Positions 38,872 through 48,611 of a stretch of DNA of 64,000 nucleotides are shown here, piece after piece. The stretch is from an uncultured archaeon. Lineage in GTDB: Archaea > Thermoplasmatota > Thermoplasmata > Thermoplasmatales > Thermoplasmataceae. The notes beneath the pieces were generated by a model, which saw nothing but the letters and a program-made list of their open reading frames with translations, searched no databases and had not been told where the DNA came from. The stretch lies in contig CP009479.1 in assembly GCA_000965745.1 (NCBI GenBank), positions 736,001 to 800,000 of the forward strand. Direction: 5' to 3'. Positions within the stretch are counted from its first letter, which is position 1. Every line of letters begins with the position of its first letter. A program made the translations under genes and the position numbers.

Positions 38872-39087
38872 TTGCACATGACAGCCAAACACCACTGCTT
38901 AATTTGCACATCCCTGATTTATTCTGGCATGTATTGCTCAGGCTGTTATAGGGAGATACTCCGCACCAGAACAATAGATGACGAAAGCTTCGAGGAATGG
39001 CTCTCCAGGAAAAGGGAGTTCCGGATAAGCTTTGAGAGAATGTCTGTTTCCAACAACAGCCAGCTGGAAGATTTCTTCAAAGCCTGA
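38872..39087 (+). CDS. Small CxxC..CxxC zinc-finger-like protein
   Basis: CLIC-x8-CSGC; fills the gap upstream of sod. Confidence 0.55.
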   Translation: MHMTAKHHCLICTSLIYSGMYCSGCYREILRTRTIDDESFEEWLSRKREFRISFERMSVSNNSQLEDFFKA

Positions 39088-39164
39088 ATTGCACACGGAA
39101 CCCGATTTTATCGCATTTTGACAAAATATTTAAACCAGAAGTTAATAATCTAACAGGTGAAAAA

Positions 39165-39779
39165 ATGGCAGAAGACTGGCAAGCAAAAGACAAGTTGAAA
39201 CCAAAAGGACTCGACGGAATTTCTGACCAGCAGGTTGAGTACCATTTTGAGACACACTATAAGGGCTATGTTAAGAAGCTGAACGAAATCTGGGAGAAGC
39301 TCCCTGGAGCAGACAGGAGCAAGGCAAACCAGAATTACAGCGAATTCAGGGCACTTAAGCTTGAAGAGACCTTCAATTACGACGGCGCACTTCTTCATGA
39401 GATCTACTTCGGAAACCTTACCAGTGAGCACACACAGGTTCCGGAATCACTTAAGAAGCAGATAGAGAAGGATTTCGGCTCCTATGAGAATTGGGTGGAA
39501 GATTTCAAGGCAACCGGAACTGCTTTCAGGGGCTGGGCTCTCCTCGTTTTCGATCTCAACACTGGTAAGCTCAGGAACATAGGGGCAGATATCCACAACA
39601 CAAACGGAATCTGGAATGCCATAGTGATCATGGCGCTGGATGTCTACGAGCATGCCTACTACGTTGACTATGGGCCCAAGAGAGCACCATATCTCGATGC
39701 CTTCCTCAAGAACGTAAACTGGAAGGACGCAGAAAAAATGCTTGAAAAAGCTCACAAGATGTACGAGATTTTCAAGTAA
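39165..39779 (+). CDS. sod: Fe superoxide dismutase
   Basis: HFETHYKGY, LHEIYF, DVYEHAYY. Confidence 0.96.
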   Translation: MAEDWQAKDKLKPKGLDGISDQQVEYHFETHYKGYVKKLNEIWEKLPGADRSKANQNYSEFRALKLEETFNYDGALLHEIYFGNLTSEHTQVPESLKKQIEKDFGSYENWVEDFKATGTAFRGWALLVFDLNTGKLRNIGADIHNTNGIWNAIVIMALDVYEHAYYVDYGPKRAPYLDAFLKNVNWKDAEKMLEKAHKMYEIFK

Positions 39780-39787
39780 ACCCACCA

Positions 39788-39804
39788 ATTTTTTTTCTTT
39801 TTTT
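39788..39804 (+). terminator. Oligo-T archaeal terminator after sod
   Basis: Long T-run immediately 3' of the stop codon. Confidence 0.5.
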
Positions 39805-39837
39805 GCTGTCTGAATATATTTTTAAGCTGCTGCCAGG

Positions 39838-40218
39838 TCAGTTCCCGTCCGGAGACCATATTATTCCAAGAACGCCGCCGACCAGGCCGAGTATCAGCCC
39901 TATGAAGAAGCCCCCAAGTGAACCGAATATGCTTATGAGTGAAAACACAAGCACAAGTGTTCCCCAGAGTGCGTGCTGCTGCGGCCTGTTGTAGATCATT
40001 ATGGCACTGATTATTATGATGATTCCCCATAGTACCCCGAAAGTACCGAATATTCCACCTATTCCTCCTATATGGAGTGTAACAACTGCACCGGCAAGCG
40101 CTATGATGAATCCTACCAGAAGTATGATTATTCCTGCTATAAGTGAGAAAACGAACGAGGCTACGGGCCTGGGGACGCTGTACGCCATATTGATATACCC
40201 CATCAGCGTATTTATCAT
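39838..40218 (-). CDS. Small Gly-rich 4-TM membrane protein (DUF6114-like)
   Basis: FVFSLIAGIIILL..., GGFFIGLILGLVGGVLGIIW. Confidence 0.7.
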   Translation of the reverse strand: MINTLMGYINMAYSVPRPVASFVFSLIAGIIILLVGFIIALAGAVVTLHIGGIGGIFGTFGVLWGIIIIISAIMIYNRPQQHALWGTLVLVFSLISIFGSLGGFFIGLILGLVGGVLGIIWSPDGN

Positions 40219-40360
40219 TTATCCGTGGATGTTAACCCGCCAATGAGGCGGAATTCCGGAATAAGTTTTCAGAACATGAAAAATGGAGCCTGTGAAATAA
40301 TCGGTGTGATGTTGCAGAACTTCTATATACGTCGTGGTATATATTAACACGGGTGCTATT

Positions 40361-41395
40361 TTGAGAGCAGTCAGGCTGGAAGATTATGGTAAGAATGTTG
40401 TCGTCAGGGAAGTGCCCGAACCGGCTGTGGAACGGAATGACGATGTAGTCGTAAAAGTACAGGCAGCGGGTGTCTGCAGGACAGATCTCCACATCATCGG
40501 CGGAATGATGAAAGAAGCAACGGGCAATCCCGGGCTTCCGTTCACATTGGGGCATGAGAATGTGGGAACGGTCCATGCCAGGGGCAGCGGAGTAAGCGGG
40601 CTGGAACTTGGGGACCAGGTCATTTTGCATCCCCAGATCAGCTGTGGAATATGCCTCCCCTGCAGAAACGGAGACGACATGCATTGCGTGCATTCCAGAT
40701 CCCCGGGGCTGGATGGAACAGATGGAGGCTTCGCGGAGTATGTGAAGGCTTCGGAAAGATCGGTTGTCAAGCTCAAGAAAGGCACTGATCCGGTTGAAGT
40801 CGCACCACTAGCAGATGCAGGAGTGACAGTTTATCATGCAGTACGGAAAATACTTCCTTATGCCAGGCCGGATTCATATATAGCAGTCATAGGCCTGGGG
40901 GCGCTGGGCCAGATTGCGGTCCAGCTCCTGAAGAACATGACGAATTCAAACATAATAGGGATTGACAAATCGGAACAAAAGCTTGGAATGGCTGAAAAAC
41001 TGGGGGCGAACTGGGTTTTCCCTTCAGGCGATGATGGTGGCGTGAAAGAAGCGTTGAAGGTGACAGGCGCAAAAGGTGCAGACATTGTAATGGATTTTGT
41101 GGGTGAGAACAACACACCAGCGAGTGCTTTATCCATGATCGGCAGAGGGGGAATATATTCAGTAGTTGGCTATGGGGGCGAAATCAACCTCAAGACCCTT
41201 CAACTCGTTGGAATGGAGCTTTCTGTGCTGGGAAACCTCGTGGGAACATACAGGGACTTGGTAGACCTCATGTCCCTATATTATCAGGGTAAGGTGAAAA
41301 TCGAGACCAGAACATTCTCCCTTGATGATGCATCAACGGCACTTTCCGAACTCTCTAGGGGAGAAATAAGAGGCAGGGCTGTCCTTTTGCCCTGA
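40361..41395 (+). CDS. Zinc-dependent NAD(P) alcohol dehydrogenase (MDR)
   Basis: GVCRTD, GHE, CGICLPC..C structural Zn, GLGALG; probable TTG start 40361. Confidence 0.92.
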   Translation: MRAVRLEDYGKNVVVREVPEPAVERNDDVVVKVQAAGVCRTDLHIIGGMMKEATGNPGLPFTLGHENVGTVHARGSGVSGLELGDQVILHPQISCGICLPCRNGDDMHCVHSRSPGLDGTDGGFAEYVKASERSVVKLKKGTDPVEVAPLADAGVTVYHAVRKILPYARPDSYIAVIGLGALGQIAVQLLKNMTNSNIIGIDKSEQKLGMAEKLGANWVFPSGDDGGVKEALKVTGAKGADIVMDFVGENNTPASALSMIGRGGIYSVVGYGGEINLKTLQLVGMELSVLGNLVGTYRDLVDLMSLYYQGKVKIETRTFSLDDASTALSELSRGEIRGRAVLLP

Positions 41396-41443
41396 AGTTT
41401 CTGGCTAAAACGCATAGAATAGGAGGCGGTTGTCGCAGAAAGG

Positions 41444-42931
41444 CTACTGCGGTTTGAGGTAACCGCACCTTTTTGCAAGGTAATCTGCCAGAATGTCTGC
41501 CATTGCGTAGATAGTCAGCGAAGGATTGGCGTCTATGATCGAGGGAAACACGCTGGCATCACAGGCAAAGAGCCTGCCCACGTCATGAGATTCAAGGTTT
41601 GAGTCCACAACAGATTTGTTCCGGTCTTCTCCCGCAGCACACGTTCCCTGTGGATGGTGTGATATGTATATTGCGCCGTATGTCTCTTCAGCACCTGCTG
41701 CGTAAAATGCCTCATCCACAAGTTTTCGTGCTCTTGAGAACTTGTCCCGGTCACTGCCGGTCACTGGTTTGTGGTACTTTACATTCCCGCCTTCATCAAT
41801 GAATATCCTGCCATCATTGTGATCGTGTATGGCAATAAGGACCCCTGCCATATTCTTGTAATGCTTGAGTGCATTGGTCAGCTCTTTCCCAATCATTGGC
41901 CTTGAATCATTGTCCAGAATCACCTCGGAAAAACCAAGAGGTCCATCCATGATTTCTGACATTTCAAGTATGAAACCGCCGTTCTTTTCGAGCGAGAATT
42001 CAGTTACGTGTGCAGATAAGGGATGAATAAGCCAGTTGTTCAATGTCTCTTTGAACTTGCCGAAGACGAAAGTATTGGTATTTACTGCCATGTTCTCCCC
42101 TATCCTCATTGAACTCCCAGAATAGTCCGCCAGCTCCCTTATTTTGGATTTTAGAAGTAGCTGCGGTGTCTGGAGGGCGCCGGCACTCACAATAACGATC
42201 TTAGCCGTGATCTGTTTGATCTCACCATTGTTGCTGTATTTTACGCCATACGCCTCTAATGGCTTTCCAGAGCTGCTCTTTCGAATAAGAACCTCTTCAA
42301 CAAAGGAGTTTTGGTATAGTGTAAGCCCGTCATAGATTCCCGGGATGATGTATGAAAGAAGGCTTCCTTTCTTTGACCCCGTGGGACATCCAAAGATGCA
42401 GCCATTGTGATCACAATTCTGGTCTATGTATGCATTCACTGCCTCGATTTCAATTCCAAGCTTTGAATACCCTTCCTTGAGCCTCTGCACTCCAAGGTCC
42501 CAGTCCGTGTATTTCCTTACTCCAGTCTCACCTTCGACTCTATCGTAGTGACTCTCGACATCCCTGTATGAAAAAGGCTCGGAATTTTCATTCTTCAATC
42601 CCGTGGCATTTGACCAGTCGTCGAAGTTCTCGTTTGGAGCCCTGTGCGCCACGGCGGTGAATATAGTTGTGCCTCCGCCAACTACTCTCCCTCCACCGAG
42701 ATTTATCTCATCAACACTTTTGCCCCCATTCAGCTCGAAGTTTGTTGTCCATTGTGGTTTCCACCAGAGTTTCCTTATGGCATCGAGTTCGAATCTGTTG
42801 AACTGGTCACTGTTGTACGCACTTCCAGTGTCAAGGAGCGCAACTTTTAGCCCTGCCTTTGTCAATTTATATGCGACAGATCCTCCGCCTGCGCCTGATC
42901 CAACAACAATTACATCATAATCATAACTCAA
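41444..42931 (-). CDS. GMC-family FAD oxidoreductase
   Basis: GSGAGG, VGGGT, C..NGCIFGCP, AGALQTPQLL, HPQGT, DASVFP, NPSLT. Confidence 0.92.
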   Translation of the reverse strand: MSYDYDVIVVGSGAGGGSVAYKLTKAGLKVALLDTGSAYNSDQFNRFELDAIRKLWWKPQWTTNFELNGGKSVDEINLGGGRVVGGGTTIFTAVAHRAPNENFDDWSNATGLKNENSEPFSYRDVESHYDRVEGETGVRKYTDWDLGVQRLKEGYSKLGIEIEAVNAYIDQNCDHNGCIFGCPTGSKKGSLLSYIIPGIYDGLTLYQNSFVEEVLIRKSSSGKPLEAYGVKYSNNGEIKQITAKIVIVSAGALQTPQLLLKSKIRELADYSGSSMRIGENMAVNTNTFVFGKFKETLNNWLIHPLSAHVTEFSLEKNGGFILEMSEIMDGPLGFSEVILDNDSRPMIGKELTNALKHYKNMAGVLIAIHDHNDGRIFIDEGGNVKYHKPVTGSDRDKFSRARKLVDEAFYAAGAEETYGAIYISHHPQGTCAAGEDRNKSVVDSNLESHDVGRLFACDASVFPSIIDANPSLTIYAMADILADYLAKRCGYLKPQ

Positions 42932-42946
42932 GGCAACATCACACTC

Positions 42947-43459
42947 CTACACCTTTTCCTTACTATCTGAGTAAATTCTTAGAAAGCTCCAGTCCTTGTC
43001 CAATTCAGATATCCTCGGCCCACCGAACTCAAGGAGTTTCCAGGCAGTAACCCCGTTATAATCAGGGTCATGGTAGTCTGAGTAGAAGCCTTCAAGGCAC
43101 AATGACCTGAGAAATATATAGGCATCCTTGGTCTTTCCGCGGTCAAATAGCCCATTAAGCAGAAGATGTTTCTTTTCTGCGGAGAGCTCCCTGAAATCCA
43201 CAGCCCCTTGACGCCTTGTCTCTGATCTTATCGCGGAAAGAACATCTCGCAGCATTTTCATCTCTGCATCTTCAGCGTCAAGCAGAACGGAATCTATGTA
43301 ATTTATCGTTCCGACTTCCCTGGAGCCAGGCTCTTCATCCGGGTTGTCTCCTGATGGAACAATGGCTTCGGCAATATCAGAAATTAATTCATAATCTTCC
43401 TTATTAAGCAGAAATGGTGCCCCATCTTTATTTTCTTTCATTGTAACCATGCGTGGCAC
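42947..43459 (-). CDS. Gluconate 2-dehydrogenase subunit 3-like small subunit
   Basis: AEAIVP..PGS.E.G..YID, F.EL...., EGFYSD....N...W..L.F.G; directly upstream of the GMC gene. Confidence 0.8.
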   Translation of the reverse strand: MPRMVTMKENKDGAPFLLNKEDYELISDIAEAIVPSGDNPDEEPGSREVGTINYIDSVLLDAEDAEMKMLRDVLSAIRSETRRQGAVDFRELSAEKKHLLLNGLFDRGKTKDAYIFLRSLCLEGFYSDYHDPDYNGVTAWKLLEFGGPRISELDKDWSFLRIYSDSKEKV

Positions 43460-43643
43460 GAAGTTTCGAAATATATATTTTTCTATTCCACAGTTTAGTA
43501 GATGATAAATGTATATATCTGATAAGATATTAGCTTCATTATAGTCATGCGCACTATGTCAGTGTGATAAAGATGAGCGGTAAGCATATTGATTCACAAA
43601 TAAAATTAGAAAGTCCAATTGCCCCACTACATGGAGGCACAAG

Positions 43644-44663
43644 ATGAAAGCTGCGCAACTTGTATCTTATAGAAAACCTCTGGAGATTAGGGAAGTAGAT
43701 ACACCAGAACCGTCAGGAGAACAGGTTCTGGTAAGGATTGCAGGTGCAGGTGTATGCCACAGTGATCTTCATCTCATCGAAGGAATGTTTCCACTTCCGT
43801 TCCTCCCACTCACTCTGGGCCATGAAAATACCGGGTATGTCGAGAATATCGGAAGCAGAGTAACCGGATTCGAACAGGGCGCTCCAGTCGCCGTTTACGG
43901 CGCTTGGAACAGGAGAAGTGATCGGTTCAGCTGGAAAGGTGAAGGCAATCTTTCCAACGTCAACGACTGGGTTGGAGTAGGGCATAATGGCGGTTACGCT
44001 GAGTATCTGCTGGTTCCCACCTACAAATATCTGCTTCCCCTTAACGAGATAGATCCTGTCCGCGCGACGCCTCTAGTTGACGCTGGTCTCACTTCATACA
44101 GGGCTATTAACAAGCTCAGATCAAATGTCTACCCCGGGAGCACCGTAGTGTTAATAGGGATAGGCGGGCAAGGGCAGTATGCAGTGCAATATTCAAAGCT
44201 GATGCTGCCTCAGGTGAAAACAGTGGCAATTGACATAGACGACAGCAAACTTGCAGCAGCCAGGAAACTGGGGGCAGACGAGATTATAAACAGCGCTTGC
44301 GACAACCCGCTGAAGATCATCAAGGATATTACCAACGACGAAGGATGCCAGGGAGTGGTAGATTTCGTCGGGTCCTCGGAAACAATGAATATGGCCTACT
44401 CACTTCTCGGGAGACAGGGGAAGATGGTAATAGTCGGCTTGAATGGGGGGAAACTGGAGATTGTGCCTGACATGTTGGTCAATGAAGCCGAAGTTACAAC
44501 CAGCAACTGGGGGACCATGCTCGAGTTGAGTGAAGTAATATCTCTTGCAGAAAGCGGAAAACTGAAAATCCAGTTTGAAAAAATGGGACTGGACAGTGTG
44601 AATGAAGCTCTTGAAAAACTTTCCTCCGGCTCGGTGAATGGCAGGATGATACTTACTCCGTGA
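43644..44663 (+). CDS. Zinc-dependent alcohol dehydrogenase (MDR) lacking the structural-Zn cysteines
   Basis: GVCHSD, GHE, DAGLT, GIGGQG; CxxCxxC loop replaced by NRRSDRFSWK. Confidence 0.9.
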   Translation: MKAAQLVSYRKPLEIREVDTPEPSGEQVLVRIAGAGVCHSDLHLIEGMFPLPFLPLTLGHENTGYVENIGSRVTGFEQGAPVAVYGAWNRRSDRFSWKGEGNLSNVNDWVGVGHNGGYAEYLLVPTYKYLLPLNEIDPVRATPLVDAGLTSYRAINKLRSNVYPGSTVVLIGIGGQGQYAVQYSKLMLPQVKTVAIDIDDSKLAAARKLGADEIINSACDNPLKIIKDITNDEGCQGVVDFVGSSETMNMAYSLLGRQGKMVIVGLNGGKLEIVPDMLVNEAEVTTSNWGTMLELSEVISLAESGKLKIQFEKMGLDSVNEALEKLSSGSVNGRMILTP

Positions 44664-44891
44664 TAAAGCATTAGCTATTGCTTTACACAGTCCAAAAACT
44701 CCCATTTTTATAGGCCGCATTGCGCATAGGAGCTTGTGAACCTGCACCTCTCTGTACTAATCTTATTGTTACTATATCGAAAAGGACGTTCTGCAGTAAG
44801 TAAAAGCTTTGCGATCCTCCAATATTAGTGTTTCAGAGAACAAAATTCCCTAATAACAAAACTTAAATATTTAATTGAAGTAGAATAGGTA

Positions 44892-46328
44892 ATGGTTAAC
44901 ACGTCACTAACTAAATCCACAGTTGGCATGCCTTTTCTCCTGGCACAAAGCATAGCCAGTGTGGCACCGATGGGAGCGGCTCTGGGAACATTGCTGGGAA
45001 CAGCTGCTTATGCGGGTGCAGCATTCCCTCTGTCAATGATTGTAGGGTTGCTGATAACTCTGTTATGGGTAAACACACCGTATCAGTTCTCAAAGAAGAT
45101 TGTAGGGGCAGGTGGATTCTATCATTTTGCAAGCGAAGGCGTATCGCCTACCTTTGGATCTTTCGACGGATGGTACTACATCGCCAATTATGTGATGTTC
45201 ATAGCACCAGGCGGACTACTTATATTCGGTGTAGTACTGCCGGGCATACTGCCAATACTAGGGATAACCTGGTATCCAACCATTCTCTGGATTCCTCTGA
45301 GTATAGTATTCATAATAATTGCATCGGCGCTCGCCTATTACGGAATCAAGCCTTCACTGAAATTCAGCCTGGTTGCTTCAATATTGGAAATAGGATTCCT
45401 TCTTATTCTGAGCATAGTCATAATAACGTCAAGCCATACAACCAACACTCTTGCGGTATACTCTCCAGTTCTTTCCCCAGACGGTTTCAGTGGAATATTC
45501 CTGGGAGCAATATTTGCCCTTACTGCTGTGGGCGGGGTCAGCTCTGCGGTTTATCTAGGGGAAGAAGCAAGAGCTCCATTGAAGAACGTGAAGATAGCAG
45601 TGATAGTGGCCTATCTTGTTAATGCACTCACCTTTGTACTGTTCTCATATGCAGCCACAGTTGGTTGGGGAATAAGCAACATGGGTGCATTTGCAAACTC
45701 AGGCGTGCCTGGAATTATCCTGGCCCAGCAGTATATGGGGGAAGCAGGATTGATCATAATCAGCCTGCTTATTGTCAACAGTGTTTTTGCAGCAATACTC
45801 GCACCTATAAACGCAACATCTCGCCTTATACATTCGATGGCCAGGGACAAAGTTCTCCCTGAATGGCTCTCTGTTCTGCATCCAAAGAGGAACACTCCGT
45901 CAAGGCCGATACTTATCCTGGGGGTGGCAGCTATTTTCATCTCAACCGTATTGGGACTTATAATGGGACCACTTAATGCGTTCATATTCATATTCCTGCT
46001 GGCGGGTACATCTGCCCTCGTAGCACATGTAATGGGTTCAGCCGCACTTCCAAAATTCTATTCAAAAATAAAGGCACTGAATCCGCTTTATCATGTTATT
46101 GGACCCATACTTTTCATAATTTCAGCGATAGGGATAGGATACAGTCTCTTTGTTCCATTTGTCTTTCCAGTGTACTATGCTCCTCTGTTCATAATAGCCT
46201 GGTCTCTTTTCGGAGGCCTGATATTCTTCAGCGCGAGAAAGAGGCTATCCACCTGGAATGAAGTCGGCAAGTCAAAATGGACAGAGACACCGGAAGTGCC
46301 CATTATACCAGAACCTGAAGAAGAGTGA
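44892..46328 (+). CDS. APC-family amino acid/amine permease
   Basis: 12 TM helices; AGGFY, LGEEARAP, SRLIHSMARD..LP, H...TP. Confidence 0.9.
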   Translation: MVNTSLTKSTVGMPFLLAQSIASVAPMGAALGTLLGTAAYAGAAFPLSMIVGLLITLLWVNTPYQFSKKIVGAGGFYHFASEGVSPTFGSFDGWYYIANYVMFIAPGGLLIFGVVLPGILPILGITWYPTILWIPLSIVFIIIASALAYYGIKPSLKFSLVASILEIGFLLILSIVIITSSHTTNTLAVYSPVLSPDGFSGIFLGAIFALTAVGGVSSAVYLGEEARAPLKNVKIAVIVAYLVNALTFVLFSYAATVGWGISNMGAFANSGVPGIILAQQYMGEAGLIIISLLIVNSVFAAILAPINATSRLIHSMARDKVLPEWLSVLHPKRNTPSRPILILGVAAIFISTVLGLIMGPLNAFIFIFLLAGTSALVAHVMGSAALPKFYSKIKALNPLYHVIGPILFIISAIGIGYSLFVPFVFPVYYAPLFIIAWSLFGGLIFFSARKRLSTWNEVGKSKWTETPEVPIIPEPEEE

Positions 46329-46465
46329 ATACAAACATTCTTTTTCACCATATATTTTTATTCACGCCCCATGGTTTTCCACCTTTTTTGAATGGCCACC
46401 CAATCCAGCTTAAGGATTATTTACGATAACAATATCTCACCATAGTAAAGAGGTGAAACAGGTAA

Positions 46466-47089
46466 TTGCCCATTCTTGAAGATGTTACAAGGCTAATGAA
46501 TTCCGATATCTCAAGGATAATCGACTCTAAGGCAAATGAGTTTCAGGAAATGGGGAAAAGGGGAAAGGAAGAGATATTCGGCGAGCTGTGCTTCTGCCTG
46601 CTGACAGCCAACACCTCGGCTGAAATGGGGATAAGGACGCAGAACCTCATTGGGCTGGAAGGATTCATAACCTACGACCAGAACTTTCTCAGTGAGGAAC
46701 TCAAGAGGATAAAATACAGATTCTACAATGTGAGGAGCAATTTTATAGTGCAAGCAAGGTGGATCATCGATGAACTGCCCGGTCTTCTCAGATCAAACAA
46801 AAGAGACGAAGTCAGGGAATATCTTGTTGAGAACGTAAAGGGAATCGGATACAAAGAGGCCTCACATTTTCTGAGGAATGTCGGAATCTTCAATTTTGCA
46901 ATACTCGACAAGCACATCATGCGAATGCTGTCTGAGGAGTATAAGTTCCAGGTGCCCAAGGCAGTTCTGAGGAAGGACTATTACAAGAACGAGAAGATAG
47001 TTGCGGCCCTTTCAGAAAAGGTGAGCCTTGAGCCAGGGATATTCGACCTTTACATGTGGAAAATTGCGACTGGAAAGATAATCAAGTAA
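46466..47089 (+). CDS. ogg: 8-oxoguanine DNA glycosylase/AP lyase (OGG2)
   Basis: ELCFCLLTAN, YRFYN, VKGIGYKEASHFLRNVG, AILDKH, DLYMW. Confidence 0.95.
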   Translation: MPILEDVTRLMNSDISRIIDSKANEFQEMGKRGKEEIFGELCFCLLTANTSAEMGIRTQNLIGLEGFITYDQNFLSEELKRIKYRFYNVRSNFIVQARWIIDELPGLLRSNKRDEVREYLVENVKGIGYKEASHFLRNVGIFNFAILDKHIMRMLSEEYKFQVPKAVLRKDYYKNEKIVAALSEKVSLEPGIFDLYMWKIATGKIIK

Positions 47090-47138
47090 TTGTCTCTGTA
47101 CATACGGCAACCTTTTTTCAAACAGTGGCACTTTCATC

Positions 47139-48542
47139 ATGATGATGGACTACCTGGATGTGAAGAGAGACGATATCAACTATATGCATCTCTACGGGGA
47201 CGCGACTAAGCTCATGGAAAATGCGGCCAGGCAGTTGAGCGACTTTGTTAGAAAGACATTCGTCCCAGGGTCCAGGATATGTGCAGTCTGCGGCACAGGA
47301 AATAATGCAGGTGACGGGATAGCAGCACTCGAAAACCTCAGAGGTGATTATGATGTGTCAGCAGTACTTGTGAAGGGCAAAGGGTCGCTAAAGACGGACG
47401 AGGCAAAGTGGGCAATCAAGAGATACAAGGGCAGGGTTTCAGGCATAAGATCGCTCAAGCAGGAGCTTGCAGGCTCAGACATCATTCTTGACTGCATGTT
47501 TGGTGTAGGGATATCGGGAGAGCCCAGGGAGCCCTATGCCAAAGCTATTGAGCAAATCAACAAATCAGGAAAAAAGATTGTATCTATTGACGTCCCATCC
47601 GGCCTTGGGACAAAAAGATCTGTAATGCCGGATTACACGGTAACCTTCACCGACGTTAAAAAAGGAATGGCACCTGAAAACAGTGGGGACATAACTGTAT
47701 GCGACATAGGCATCCCTGAATCCGTGAGGAAATATGCAGGTCCGGGAGACATGGTTTACTACACCAGGCCCGACCCCTCATCACACAAAGGCATGAACGG
47801 ATCACTTTCAATAATTGGTGGCTGGGAATACTACGGCTCCTCAGTTATAGCGGCCCTTGGGGCGAATGCCATGGCCATAGACCTGGTCAAGATTTACACG
47901 ACTCCGCTGAATTATGAAATAATTGCGACTTACAGCCCTTTCATAATCGTTAGAAATATTGCGAAGCTTGGAAATAATTGGAAAGAGGACGCCCTTAGAG
48001 GTACTGCGCTGCTTATAGGGCCGGGGCTGGGCATTTCGGATGAAGCACAGAAAGATGTAAAGCAGATGTTAGGAAAAGCCAAGATGCCGATAATAGTGGA
48101 TGCTGACGGCATCAAGCTCATGTCGGATAAAATTTCATGGACAAGGGGCAGGAACATGATATTCACACCCCATCGAAGGGAATTCGAGATCCTCACAGGC
48201 TTGGATGCAAACGAGGAAAATGCAGTAAAGTTTGCAGAAAAGCACTCGGTGGTCATCGTGCTGAAAGGGGTCAGGGACATAGTTACAGACGGTTCCAGGA
48301 CAATATACGTTGAAGGTGGTAACGTAAGAATGACGATGGGTGGAACGGGAGATCTGCTGGCTGGCCTTATTTCTGCAATGGCTTCCAGGAACATTGACCC
48401 CTTCCGATCGGCCGTTATGGGCGCCTACATAAACAAGAAAATTGCAGAACGTGCTTTTTCTTCCAAATCGTACTGGTACAGCATCGATGACATGATTGAT
48501 GCAGTACCCGGATTCATGAAAGAATCAGCCAACTGGGCTTGA
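47139..48542 (+). CDS. nnr: Bifunctional NAD(P)H-hydrate epimerase/dehydratase (NnrE-NnrD)
   Basis: LMENA, GTGNNAGDG, DVPSG, SHKG, IGPGLG, DAD, TPHRREF, GGTGD. Confidence 0.95.
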   Translation: MMMDYLDVKRDDINYMHLYGDATKLMENAARQLSDFVRKTFVPGSRICAVCGTGNNAGDGIAALENLRGDYDVSAVLVKGKGSLKTDEAKWAIKRYKGRVSGIRSLKQELAGSDIILDCMFGVGISGEPREPYAKAIEQINKSGKKIVSIDVPSGLGTKRSVMPDYTVTFTDVKKGMAPENSGDITVCDIGIPESVRKYAGPGDMVYYTRPDPSSHKGMNGSLSIIGGWEYYGSSVIAALGANAMAIDLVKIYTTPLNYEIIATYSPFIIVRNIAKLGNNWKEDALRGTALLIGPGLGISDEAQKDVKQMLGKAKMPIIVDADGIKLMSDKISWTRGRNMIFTPHRREFEILTGLDANEENAVKFAEKHSVVIVLKGVRDIVTDGSRTIYVEGGNVRMTMGGTGDLLAGLISAMASRNIDPFRSAVMGAYINKKIAERAFSSKSYWYSIDDMIDAVPGFMKESANWA

Positions 48543-48611
48543 ACCATCCTATGGCGAATCAAATTTCACATTCCCGAAAAACTTTATTATCGCATTGCGA
48601 GTTCGTAATCC

